Both the position numbers and the translations under genes were made by a program. The notes under the pieces are model-generated. The model had not been told where the DNA came from. It saw only the letters and a program-made list of their open reading frames with translations, and did not search any database. From contig DAOTXR010000073.1 in the NCBI GenBank assembly GCA_034435375.1, positions 231,480-295,479 on the forward strand: a stretch of DNA of 64,000 nucleotides, in the 5' to 3' direction. Numbering within the stretch: the first letter of the stretch is position 1; each line of letters opens with the position of its first letter. This stretch comes from Anaerolineae bacterium. Lineage in GTDB: Bacteria > Chloroflexota > Anaerolineae > Aggregatilineales > UBA3940. Positions 1-9,075 of the stretch are shown one piece after another.

Positions 1-908
1 TGCTCAAGCGCAATCACCTGATCGGCGGCATGGACGTGACCGAAGTCGCTGAGGTACACCGACTGCTCCGGCCTGAGGCCCAATTCGGCCAGCAAGCTGG
101 CGTGGAATGAGGCTTTGGTGTGGTTGACGGCAAGGAAGGCGATGTCCGCCGAGCTGCGCCCGCCTCGCTCGACTGCCTGACGGATCACCTGGACGAAAGC
201 CGACAGCGAGACCTGGTCTAGATGATGGCGCAAAGAGTCTGGGTCGGGCACGTCGAGCACGCGCTGGCCAGCCCGGACCGTCTCTGCAGAGGAAGGTTGC
301 CGTGTGCCAGCCGCAAGCACAACGATCTCCTCGCTCAGGCTGCCATCGGTGAGGATTGCGGTGCCTATCAGACAGTTCTCGTCCTGGTCGCGGCGTAGCA
401 GCAGCGCCCCTGCCCCGGCACTCAGGCCGATCAGAAAGTGAGTGTGCGGATCGGCATAGTCCGCTAGGTCCACATCATGGCTGGCAGCCACCAGCAGCAC
501 GTGCCGCAGCCGGGGGTCGTTGGCCATCATACTGCTTAGCGCAGCGAGCGCAATGCCAGTGCTCCCACCCGTCACCCCGATCTCGAAGGCTGCCGCCCGT
601 TCGGCGCTGAGCAGGTGCTGGATGTGCGCTGCAATAGACCAGAAGGGATAGTCGGTGTAGGCGCTGCCGTGATAGACCACCATGTCCACTTCGGCGGGCC
701 GGATGCCGGCCATGCCGAGGGCGTTGCGTGCGGCGGCAGCAGCCAACGCTGCTGGCGGCTCATCGGGGCCAGCCACATAGATTTGATGTACACCGAACTC
801 CTCGCGGATCACGCCAGCCGGGAGACCAGTCAGACGAGCCAGGTCGTTGGAGGTGCGTATTGCCCTGGGGAAAGCCGTCCCCCAACCTGCAATTCCGATG
901 TCAGTCAT
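1..908 (-). CDS. FabH-like (3-oxoacyl-ACP synthase III family) protein, C-terminus beyond the window edge; catalytic Cys position is Gly
   Basis: Not in the ORF track because it runs off the edge. Manual translation from ATG 908 (GAGGAG RBS): MTDIGIAGWGTAFP...VDMVVYHGSAYTDYPFWSIAAHIQHLLSAERAAAFEIGVTGGSTGIAL...GLSAGAGALLL...FLAVNHTK...DFGHVHAADQ, the KAS III layout. Confidence 0.8.
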   Translation of the reverse strand, partial: MTDIGIAGWGTAFPRAIRTSNDLARLTGLPAGVIREEFGVHQIYVAGPDEPPAALAAAAARNALGMAGIRPAEVDMVVYHGSAYTDYPFWSIAAHIQHLLSAERAAAFEIGVTGGSTGIALAALSSMMANDPRLRHVLLVAASHDVDLADYADPHTHFLIGLSAGAGALLLRRDQDENCLIGTAILTDGSLSEEIVVLAAGTRQPSSAETVRAGQRVLDVPDPDSLRHHLDQVSLSAFVQVIRQAVERGGRSSADIAFLAVNHTKASFHASLLAELGLRPEQSVYLSDFGHVHAADQVIALE

Positions 909-1081
909 GGTCTCCTCAAAATCTACCTGCCAGTGCATCATGTGTCGGCTGCTGAGGAAGTCTGCGTGTAAGTGTAGCCGAACGGCAGACGACATACAAG
1001 GTGAGAAACGCGCTGAGTCTAGAACCGCGATCTGTGGTATAGTGCTTGATCATGGGGGATCCGAATGATCTGGAGGCATCC

Positions 1082-1936
1082 ATGACGGAGTACACCATTG
1101 ATGGCCAGCGCATCCACGTCCACGAAGAAGGTGAGCCAGGCCAGCAGATCGCTCTGCTGATCCATGGATGGTCAAGCTCATGGTACGCTGTGTCGCCGTT
1201 GCTGCCCCTGCTGCGCCAACGCTATCACTGTCTGGCTGTTGATCTGCCAGGCTATGGCGAGTCTCCGCCGCTGGCCGAGCGCGCCACGATTCCTGGCTAT
1301 GTGACCCTGCTCATCCGGCTGATCGAGCAGGTGACGGACAAACCTCTAGTGCTGGTGGGTCACTCAATGGGCGGGATGATCAGCCTGACGCTCACCCTTC
1401 AGCGGAGCGACCTGGTAGAGCGGCTGGTGTTGCTGTGCCCGACCATCAGCGGGCTGCTGTCAACCCGCATCAACCTGACACTGACGCCCTTTGTGCTGAT
1501 GGAGCGCTTTGCCCTGACCAACTGGTTGATCAGCGCGCTTGAGCCGCTGGTGCCGGTCACTGACGGCCTGTTGCGCCCTGCATTGTTCGCTGACCGGACT
1601 GGCATCCGCGAGGAGGACTACCAGCGCATCCGGTCCGATGCACGCCGCCCTGGCCAGGGCCGGGTGCGAGCTGAGTGCTTCCGCGCCATGCGCGACAACG
1701 ACCTGCGCGGCAAGCTGAGCGCCATCACTGCGCCTGCGCTGGTGATCTGGGGCATGGAGGATAACACTGTGCCACTGCGCGATGCCAGCGTGGTAGCGCG
1801 TGAGATGCCAGAGGCCGACCTGCGCATCATCCCCAATGCAGGCCACTGGCCCCAGTTTGAAACACCGGAGCTGACCAAGCGCTACGTGCGGGCCTTTCTG
1901 AGCACACCGATTAAGCTGCTCAATCTGGAATTCTAG
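1082..1936 (+). CDS. Alpha/beta-fold hydrolase
   Basis: HGWSSS oxyanion motif, DLPGYG, nucleophile elbow GHSMGG, WGMED acid and AGHW His. GGAGG RBS before ATG 1082. Confidence 0.9.
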   Translation: MTEYTIDGQRIHVHEEGEPGQQIALLIHGWSSSWYAVSPLLPLLRQRYHCLAVDLPGYGESPPLAERATIPGYVTLLIRLIEQVTDKPLVLVGHSMGGMISLTLTLQRSDLVERLVLLCPTISGLLSTRINLTLTPFVLMERFALTNWLISALEPLVPVTDGLLRPALFADRTGIREEDYQRIRSDARRPGQGRVRAECFRAMRDNDLRGKLSAITAPALVIWGMEDNTVPLRDASVVAREMPEADLRIIPNAGHWPQFETPELTKRYVRAFLSTPIKLLNLEF

Positions 1937-1945
1937 GGGGCCACC

Positions 1946-2707
1946 ATGGGTGACCTCTACGAGGAGCTCAAGCGGAAGTTTGGCGACCGAGAATCGGCTG
2001 ACACGCTGAGCACGGTTGACATGATGAGCCTTCCAACGCCAGTCCGGCGGGTGATTCGCATCCTGCTGCGCAAAAACGAGATGACCTACTCCGACCTACG
2101 GCGGACCCTCGACCAGCTCCCAGCGGAGCAGCGGATCAGGCAGGAGGAAATGGACGAGGCGCTTGATGCGCTGTGCAAACTGGGTTGGATCAGACAGATG
2201 GAGAGCGCAACCAACGTCACCTACTGCATCAGCCTGGGGCGGCGGTGGAGCGCGTTCGCACCACAGGCAACTAGCCCGGCGCGTCGAGAACGGCCCACAG
2301 GCCCCCTGTTGGACAAACTGATCGCATCGGAGCCTGAGACTCCACACCCACAAGCCACAAAACCTGAGGGGACTCGATCAGAAGCTCCACAGGCAGCCAT
2401 CATTCCACCGGAAGCGCCCACCACAGAGGTTTCAAAGCCTATGGAGACTAGGCCAGAGCCAGCCCAAGTCAGCCAGACCAACGCCTGCAAACTCCAGGAC
2501 ACACAATCACAGCAAACCAAGCCGGAGACCGCGCCAGCGAAGGTTGCCGAGCCACAGGTTGCCCAACTCAAGACCCCACCGGATCAGCAAGAAGCCCTCA
2601 GCGAGCAGAGCCAGGAAGCCAGGCGTCGCGGGGCCTTCCGAACTTGGGCAGAACGCCTGCTTCGACGAGGAGCAAAGGATACGATGCAGGGGCAGACAGA
2701 GGAATAG
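1946..2707 (+). CDS. Hypothetical protein with N-terminal winged-helix-like region and Pro/Ala/Gln-rich low-complexity C-terminus
   Basis: LLRKNEMTYSDL...EALDALCKLGWIRQ resembles a wHTH; starts 9 nt after the hydrolase stop. Confidence 0.55.
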   Translation: MGDLYEELKRKFGDRESADTLSTVDMMSLPTPVRRVIRILLRKNEMTYSDLRRTLDQLPAEQRIRQEEMDEALDALCKLGWIRQMESATNVTYCISLGRRWSAFAPQATSPARRERPTGPLLDKLIASEPETPHPQATKPEGTRSEAPQAAIIPPEAPTTEVSKPMETRPEPAQVSQTNACKLQDTQSQQTKPETAPAKVAEPQVAQLKTPPDQQEALSEQSQEARRRGAFRTWAERLLRRGAKDTMQGQTEE

Positions 2708-2776
2708 GTCTGTTTGAGGAAGGAGGGAAGCCGCGCCGCCGATCCTGTGCCAGACCAATGCACAGCCCGAACTGCC

Positions 2777-4315
2777 CTATCGCCCCTGTTCCAGCGCGTA
2801 AATTTCCAGGCGTGTCGACTTGCCCTTGAGCGGAATCCGGCCCAGCGAACGGCAGCCAAAGCGATCGCAAACCTGGCCGTATACTGCCTCGGTCATCAGG
2901 ATGCGGTTGCCAAGCGCCTTACCCATCAGTCGCGCAGCGGTATTGACCGCATCCCCCAGGACATTGAACTCGCGCCGGCCACGCGGCTCGCCGATCTCAG
3001 CGGCGAACACAGGCCCCTGCGATATGCCAATCTGGCAGGCCAGGCTGATCTCACGGCCACCAATAGCAGGAGCCTCAGCCTTCAGCACAATGTCACGGAT
3101 GGCGAGAGCCGCTTCTACCGCACGAAGGGGGTCATCGGTGTGGGCCGTTGGCACACCAAACAGAATGATCATGTCCGAGCCGACCAGGTGGTAGGTGACC
3201 TTCTTCAGCACGCCGCCGCGCGCCTCGACCGCGGCGTTGACCAGCGCAAAGGTCCGGGAGAAGCTGCGCACCACCGTTCCGACCTCCTCCGGGGTGGCCG
3301 CATCCACCGATTCGGGCAAGCCGATCAGATTGACCGCCAGGATGGTCGGCTGAGGAAAATCAGGCGGGATCTCGCGGCGGGCTGCCGTCTCGACCAGCAG
3401 GTTCAGCACAGGGGCCGGGATGAAAGCCGCTAACGGCTCCACCCGGCCAAGCATCTCCCCAATGGAACTGATCAATCCCTCGATGCTGCGGTCGAACAGC
3501 ACAGCGGTTGCCAGGCGGCTGCGGATGACGCCGATATCAAAGGTGCCTAGCTCCTGGTCGCTCAGATCGTCGATGACGTACACAAACCCTGGCTGGCCCG
3601 ACTCAAAGCGAAAGAGGTCCTTTACCTGCTGATAGGCGGCGTGAGTCAGGCACACGCGGCCCACCTGCCCCGCACTCTCGGCGCGTTTGGCCTCATGCAC
3701 ATCCCTGCCAAGCAGGACGTGCTCCATGCGATGCGGCGTGCCGATGTCAGCGGTCAGAAAGCGCCCGGCGTGGATGCCAACCCGCATGCCCAGCGAGTAA
3801 GTGCCGTCGTCGGTCTGGAGGACGGCATAGCGGCCCATGGCGCGCTGCATACGCAGCCCGGCGCGGACAGCCTGGGCCGTCTCGTCGCCGCGCTGGTTGG
3901 CTGGGAACTGCACCAGCATCGCATCGCCGGTGAACTCCAGCAGCTCTCCGCCGGACTTGCTGATGATCTCCAACATCTCGGCAAAGTAAGCATTCAGCAC
4001 ATCCAACAGGCTGCGTGCGCCCTGGGTTCCATGAGCCGCATTGGCTTCCATCAGAGGAGTAAATCCAGAGAGATCGGTAAACATCAGCGCGCCCTGCTCC
4101 CAGCCCAGCCGCACCTGACCCGGCGCAGCAGGGGAACTGGCGAGCTGGCGGGGGAGGTAGTTGTGCAGAACGTGCAGCAGCGTGCGCAGATGCTCGAAGA
4201 CGCGCTCCAGGTTCTCGGACGACTGATCGAGCCAGGCGGTGGCATACAGATCGGCGGGGAGCAGCGGGCGCAGCCTCGGCTCCAGGGGAGCAAGCGGCGC
4301 TTGCGTGTACGGCAT
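2777..4315 (-). CDS. Class III nucleotidyl (probably adenylate) cyclase with two tandem cyclase domains
   Basis: Domain 1: FTDLSGFT, EFTGDA, RVGIHAG. Domain 2: LKKVTYHLVGSD, QIGISQGPV, FNVLGDAVNTAARL, IPLKGK. Confidence 0.9.
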   Translation of the reverse strand: MPYTQAPLAPLEPRLRPLLPADLYATAWLDQSSENLERVFEHLRTLLHVLHNYLPRQLASSPAAPGQVRLGWEQGALMFTDLSGFTPLMEANAAHGTQGARSLLDVLNAYFAEMLEIISKSGGELLEFTGDAMLVQFPANQRGDETAQAVRAGLRMQRAMGRYAVLQTDDGTYSLGMRVGIHAGRFLTADIGTPHRMEHVLLGRDVHEAKRAESAGQVGRVCLTHAAYQQVKDLFRFESGQPGFVYVIDDLSDQELGTFDIGVIRSRLATAVLFDRSIEGLISSIGEMLGRVEPLAAFIPAPVLNLLVETAARREIPPDFPQPTILAVNLIGLPESVDAATPEEVGTVVRSFSRTFALVNAAVEARGGVLKKVTYHLVGSDMIILFGVPTAHTDDPLRAVEAALAIRDIVLKAEAPAIGGREISLACQIGISQGPVFAAEIGEPRGRREFNVLGDAVNTAARLMGKALGNRILMTEAVYGQVCDRFGCRSLGRIPLKGKSTRLEIYALEQGR

Positions 4316-4441
4316 AGGACCTACCTTATCGAACGGCTGCGTTGCAGAGGCATAACTGCATTATACTTGAAGGGCATTTGCCGCCACAACCGACATCACC
4401 TACAATGCCGTATGATGCCTTGATGGGCTTCACACGGAGTA

Positions 4442-5788
4442 TTGAGTATGCCCAACTTCCTGAGTCGACTCCTGCGCGTGTATCCGGGCGAAGAACGCAT
4501 TGTCCTGGTGCTCGGCTTCCTGCTGATGGGCAACGCACTGGCTTTGGAGCTTTCCGACGTTGTGGCTGTAAGCGGCTTCCTCGATCAGGTCGATGCGTCG
4601 CTCATTCTTGTGGTTTGGATCGTCGACATGGTCGTCATCCTGTTCACAGCCGGGCTGCAATCTCTGATCGTCGACCGCTTTGAGCGCGTACAGTTGGTGC
4701 GCGGAATGGCGCTTGTGGCTGCACTGGCTTACGCTTTCCTGCGGTTGTTGTTCATGATCCCAGGCCTAGACTGGCTGAACTACTCGCTGCTGTATGTCTT
4801 GAGCGACCAGCAGTGGCTCTTCGTGCCGCTGGTGATCTGGGTTTTGGCCAACGACATGTGCGACATGGCCCAGGCCAAGCGTCTCTTTCCGCTGATCGCT
4901 ATCGGCAACTTCGTCGGCCAGGTCTTAGGGTTGGGCATTGCCGCCATCTCGCCAGCCATTTTGGGGCAATGGGGTATTCGGACAGTCGAAGTGCTGTTCC
5001 TGAACGCGACGCTGGGCGTGGTGATGTATCTGATCGCCTTGCGGGGCCTGCGCGACGTTCGGGTGCGGAAAACGGCAGGCAACTCTGCCTCGCCGCGCGA
5101 GACGCTGAGCGAGGGCATGGGCTTCATCCGCGAGGTGCCGTCTTTCCGCTACATGACGATAGCCATGCTGGCGCTGGCCATGGCGGTGGCCGTGATCGAG
5201 TTCCGCTTTCTGGTCGTGTCGGATCGGGAACTGGCCAACGCCGATGTCTTTCAGACCTTCTACAGCCTGTACCGGCTGGGAGTAACGGTAATTGCGATCC
5301 TGATCCAGTCGTTTGTCACCAGCCGGTTGATTGAGAAGTTGACGCTCAAAAATATCTTCTTGATCCTGCCGATCACAGCCCTCGTGTGTCTGGCCGGCAT
5401 GATAGTCTCACCAGGGCTAGCCATCAGCACCGCCGGGATCGTGCTGGCGCGGCTGGCGCAGGAGACCATCGACGAGTCGGCACGCAAGGCATTCCAGGCG
5501 TTGGTGCCAGAGGAACGCCGGGGCCGAGTGAGCGTGTTCATGGAAAGTTATCTGTTGGCAGTGGGGACCATTGTGGGCTGCCTCATCGCTGGGGTGATGC
5601 TCTTGATAGGCGGGCGGCTGGTGGGCGCGGCGCACTTTTACTTCTACCTGGGCGCAGCGTTAGCAGCGACACTGGGCGCCCTCTGGGCCATCTTACAGAT
5701 GCGACGGGTGTACGACAGCAGCCTGCTGAACTGGCGGCTCAAACGTCGCCAGCGCGGGGCAAGCGTGCTCGACAAGCTGGAATTCTGA
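4442..5788 (+). CDS. MFS transporter, NTT/TLC (nucleotide translocase-like) family
   Basis: About 12 hydrophobic segments; family-like motif WVLANDMCDMAQAKRLFPLIAIG and later ARLAQETIDESARKAFQALVPEERRGR. Confidence 0.75.
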   Translation: MSMPNFLSRLLRVYPGEERIVLVLGFLLMGNALALELSDVVAVSGFLDQVDASLILVVWIVDMVVILFTAGLQSLIVDRFERVQLVRGMALVAALAYAFLRLLFMIPGLDWLNYSLLYVLSDQQWLFVPLVIWVLANDMCDMAQAKRLFPLIAIGNFVGQVLGLGIAAISPAILGQWGIRTVEVLFLNATLGVVMYLIALRGLRDVRVRKTAGNSASPRETLSEGMGFIREVPSFRYMTIAMLALAMAVAVIEFRFLVVSDRELANADVFQTFYSLYRLGVTVIAILIQSFVTSRLIEKLTLKNIFLILPITALVCLAGMIVSPGLAISTAGIVLARLAQETIDESARKAFQALVPEERRGRVSVFMESYLLAVGTIVGCLIAGVMLLIGGRLVGAAHFYFYLGAALAATLGALWAILQMRRVYDSSLLNWRLKRRQRGASVLDKLEF

Positions 5789-5822
5789 ACCCAAAGGGGC
5801 GCACGGTGCGCCCCTTTGGGTT
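5788..5822. terminator. Perfect 17-bp inverted repeat, probable bidirectional terminator
   Basis: AACCCAAAGGGGCGCAC-G-GTGCGCCCCTTTGGGTT between the convergent transporter and uppP genes. Confidence 0.8.
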
Positions 5823-5867
5823 CCAGACAGCCATCAGGCCAGCCCGTTGGATCAGCGGCCTTAGCGC

Positions 5868-6668
5868 CTACCTCCACAGGGCCAGCGCAAGCACCACAGC
5901 AGCTATCCCCAGGCGGTACCAGCCGAATGGCTTCAGCGTGTGCGATCCCAGCAACCGCACGAAAAACTCCACCGCCAGCCAAGCCGATCCAAAGGCGACA
6001 GCAAACCCAATCCCAAAGAATGGCACATCTGAGGCGCTCAGCAGCGGCAGGCTCTTCCACAAGTCGTACAGCGCTGCGCCACACAGGGCAGGCACGGCAG
6101 CCAGGAAAGAGTACTCCGCTGCCGTGCTGCGCCTCACCCCTATCAGCATCGCACCCAGGATGGTGGCCGCCGCACGCGACACCCCTGGCCATAGCGCCAG
6201 GCACTGAAACATCCCCACGATCAGCGCCTCGCGCCAGGACAGCTCATCGAGCGACTCGCAGCGTGTGGCGGGCAGACGAGCTTCAACAACCAGAATGGCT
6301 ATCCCCCCCACAGCCAACCCGACAGCGACGGTGATAGGATTAAACAGGCGCGTCTTGATGGCCTGGTGAGCCGCAGCGCCCACCACAACGGCTGGCAGCG
6401 TTGTCAGCGCTAGCAACCCCCATCCCCGCAGACCTTTGAAGCCTTCGGGCTGCCGGAAACGGAACAGATCGTAGAACCGGCGGCGATAGATCGCCACTAC
6501 AGCCAGGATCGCGCCGAGCTGAATAAAGATCTCGAAGGACGCAGCGCGGCTCCCGTTGAACCCCAACAGATAGCCCACCAGGATCAGGTGGCCTGTGGAT
6601 GAAACGGGGATGAACTCAGTGAACCCTTCTACCAGACCCAGGATGAGAGGAACGAAGAGGTTAGCCAT
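5868..6668 (-). CDS. uppP: Undecaprenyl-diphosphate phosphatase
   Basis: GLVEGFTEFIPVSSTGHL and LALWPGVSRAAATI motifs; start placed at MANLFVP. Confidence 0.95.
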   Translation of the reverse strand: MANLFVPLILGLVEGFTEFIPVSSTGHLILVGYLLGFNGSRAASFEIFIQLGAILAVVAIYRRRFYDLFRFRQPEGFKGLRGWGLLALTTLPAVVVGAAAHQAIKTRLFNPITVAVGLAVGGIAILVVEARLPATRCESLDELSWREALIVGMFQCLALWPGVSRAAATILGAMLIGVRRSTAAEYSFLAAVPALCGAALYDLWKSLPLLSASDVPFFGIGFAVAFGSAWLAVEFFVRLLGSHTLKPFGWYRLGIAAVVLALALWR

Positions 6669-6809
6669 AAGATTGTGATAGACACTCCGAGGTAGGAATG
6701 AAGTTACAGAGCGATACCCAAGCGGCCCCGCCAGGGTGCTCGACTGGGCTGCTGACAATGGCCCATCACTGTATCACTTTGGGGCGTAGCAGGCGAATCG
6801 AGAGCCGCC

Positions 6810-7709
6810 TCACGGCGCTCGGTGGGCCAGCGCGAGCGCGGCCAATCGATCAGCAACGTCGCGCACGATGTCGTCAGGCACGCCATCAGCGGTCCGCGAT
6901 TGCAGACGCAGGTCGATCTGGTCGTTGACATAATCGACCACCACAAACAGCCCCTCAGCGGTCAGGGCAATCTCGGTGGAAAACAGCTCCAAACGGCATA
7001 CACGGGCAATAGAAGCCGTCTCGCGGCGCAGCGGCGCAAGGCCGAAACGCTCCTCCTCATCCGGCGTGAGAGGAGTGTAGCGGTGAGTAGTTGTGTCCCA
7101 CCAACAGGGATAGATCTGCCCCAGGCAGTAGATCACACGAAACCAGGCTGGTCGCTCCCCTAACCTGGTGGGGACGACATGCGCCTGAAGCAGGTATTGA
7201 TCTGTCGGGTGTTCCTGTCGGGCAGCACACACCTGGCTTGGAGAGGTTGCCTCGGTGACCACGCCCTCCCCACCGCCGCCATGGGCAGGCTTGATGGTGA
7301 AGGACATCCCCAGGGGGGAAAGGTCAGGTAGCGACAGCGTTGGATGCATCTGGTAAGGCGGCAGGACAATGGTGTAAGGCGTCTGCAGACCCGCTTCAAT
7401 GAGGGCCAGATGCATGGCCGCCTTGTCCCAGGTCCACAGCGCCCGCTCACGCGCATTGATACAGTACACAGCACGCGCCGTAGCCCAGCAGACAAGCGAC
7501 ACAAAGCGCGCATCGTTGTCTGAGGCACGGTCAAACAGCACGCGAAACTTGAGGCGGGTATCGGCCAGGGCTTCCAACACTGCATCGAGGGTGTGGGGCG
7601 TGACCTGCAGCAGAGAAAGCCCATATGCCCGGCAAGCTGCCTCAAGCAGCGCTGCAAAATCGGCGTCGTATTCCCAGTTCCAGGCCAGACACAAGTCATA
7701 CCGGCTCAT
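6810..7709 (-). CDS. ATP-grasp-fold protein of unknown function
   Basis: DKAAMH...TPYT, TIKPAHGGGGEGV, YLLQAHV, FSTEIA, VVDYVND follow the ATP-grasp layout. Confidence 0.65.
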   Translation of the reverse strand: MSRYDLCLAWNWEYDADFAALLEAACRAYGLSLLQVTPHTLDAVLEALADTRLKFRVLFDRASDNDARFVSLVCWATARAVYCINARERALWTWDKAAMHLALIEAGLQTPYTIVLPPYQMHPTLSLPDLSPLGMSFTIKPAHGGGGEGVVTEATSPSQVCAARQEHPTDQYLLQAHVVPTRLGERPAWFRVIYCLGQIYPCWWDTTTHRYTPLTPDEEERFGLAPLRRETASIARVCRLELFSTEIALTAEGLFVVVDYVNDQIDLRLQSRTADGVPDDIVRDVADRLAALALAHRAP

Positions 7710-7800
7710 GCTTCTATTGTACCTGTTGACTGAGGGGTTGGCCTGAAATAGTTCCGAGACCTTTTCAGGCCAGGTGGTCTGATCTGTTCTCAGCCAAACG

Positions 7801-7839
7801 CTTAACTTACTCTTAACAAAAGGCTAAACCATGCTTAAT
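7801..7839 (+). promoter_or_regulatory. PHO-box-like array of four 11-bp-spaced direct repeats
   Basis: CTTAAC (7801), CTTAAC (7812), GCTAAA (7823), CTTAAT (7834) upstream of pstS; the 11-nt period is typical of PhoB/OmpR-family sites. Confidence 0.75.
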
Positions 7840-7895
7840 CTGCTGTGGATACGTTTAGTGGCGAAACTCAACAAAATGAGAGGAGAAGATTTTCA

Positions 7896-8951
7896 GTGAC
7901 AAAGCTCAACAAGTTCTTGACACTCGCCACCCTGGCGGCCATCGCGGTCCTTGCGCTGGCAGCATGCGGTGGCGCCCCCGCTACCACCGAGGCCTCTTCC
8001 CAGAACCCAACGGCTGAACCACCCCAAGCTCCAGCTGAGGAGCCAACCCAGCCCTCAGCGGAAGAGCCTATGGTGATGCTCTCCGGTGATGTCGTAGTCG
8101 ATGGATCGAGCACGGTATACCCGATCACGACGGCGGTGGCGGAGGAGTTCTCGGCGATCTATCCTGATGTACGAGTGTCGGTGGGCCTGTCAGGCACCGG
8201 CGGCGGCTTCGAGAAGTTCTGCGCCGGCGAGACCGACGTGAGTGACGCTTCTCGCCCCATCAAGGATGCCGAGAAGGAAGCATGTGCGGCGAGCGGCATC
8301 GAGTACGCCGAGTTTCTGGTGGCGCTGGACGGCTTGACGGTGATGGTCAATCCGGAAAACGACTGGCTACAGTGCCTCAGCGCCGAGCAGTTGGCTCAGA
8401 TCTTTGGGGTCAACAGCACCATCACCCGCTGGTCCGACATCGACCCGACCTTCCCCGATGAGCCGATCCTGTTCTTCGTCCCTGACCCCGACTCCGGCAC
8501 TCGCGACTACATGATCGAAGTGCTTGAGAAGGCCATTGAGACGGAAGACGACATCCGTCAGGATGACAACACCACCTTCTCCAGCGACGACAACGTCCTG
8601 CTGGACGGCATCGCCAATGAGACATACGCCCTCGGTTTCTTCGGCTATGCCTACTATATCAACAACCAGGACGCTGTGCGCGCCGTTGCCATCCAGAACA
8701 AAGATGGTCAGTGTGTCCTGCCCAGCAACGAGACTGTTCAGGACGGCTCTTACAACCCGCTCAGCCGACCGCTGTTCATCTATCCCAATCTGGCCAGCCT
8801 GCGCGAAAAGCCCCAAGTGGCTGAGTTCGTGCGCTTCTACTTCAGCCCTGAGGGCGCTCCTGCCATCATGTCTGATGTGGGCTACAGCCTGCCCCCTGAT
8901 GGCACTTTTGAAGCCAATCTAGCCTTGCTAGATGAGCTGCTCGGCCAGTAA
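7896..8951 (+). CDS. pstS: Phosphate ABC transporter substrate-binding lipoprotein
   Basis: Lipobox [42 protein letters not shown]; GTG start after an AGGAG RBS. Confidence 0.95.
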   Translation: MTKLNKFLTLATLAAIAVLALAACGGAPATTEASSQNPTAEPPQAPAEEPTQPSAEEPMVMLSGDVVVDGSSTVYPITTAVAEEFSAIYPDVRVSVGLSGTGGGFEKFCAGETDVSDASRPIKDAEKEACAASGIEYAEFLVALDGLTVMVNPENDWLQCLSAEQLAQIFGVNSTITRWSDIDPTFPDEPILFFVPDPDSGTRDYMIEVLEKAIETEDDIRQDDNTTFSSDDNVLLDGIANETYALGFFGYAYYINNQDAVRAVAIQNKDGQCVLPSNETVQDGSYNPLSRPLFIYPNLASLREKPQVAEFVRFYFSPEGAPAIMSDVGYSLPPDGTFEANLALLDELLGQ

Positions 8952-8992
8952 TGAGCGGAGTAGCTGGCAACAACCGTCGCTGACGACTCAAT

Positions 8993-9030
8993 CCCTCACC
9001 CCTCCACACAGGTTGTCGGAGGGGTGAGGG
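8993..9030. other. Intergenic stem-loop between pstS and pstC
   Basis: CCCTCACCCCTCC ... GGAGGGGTGAGGG, 13-bp perfect arms. The position after a binding-protein gene suits an mRNA stabiliser or partial terminator. Confidence 0.55.
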
Positions 9031-9075
9031 CAGCTTGTCGCCGAGCTTATGCCACACACCACACGAGGTAATCCT

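Noticed and set aside
7795-7805. 11-mer CAAACGCTTAA shared with 36828-36838
   Set aside because: A single short match without further repeat units at the second site; consistent with chance.
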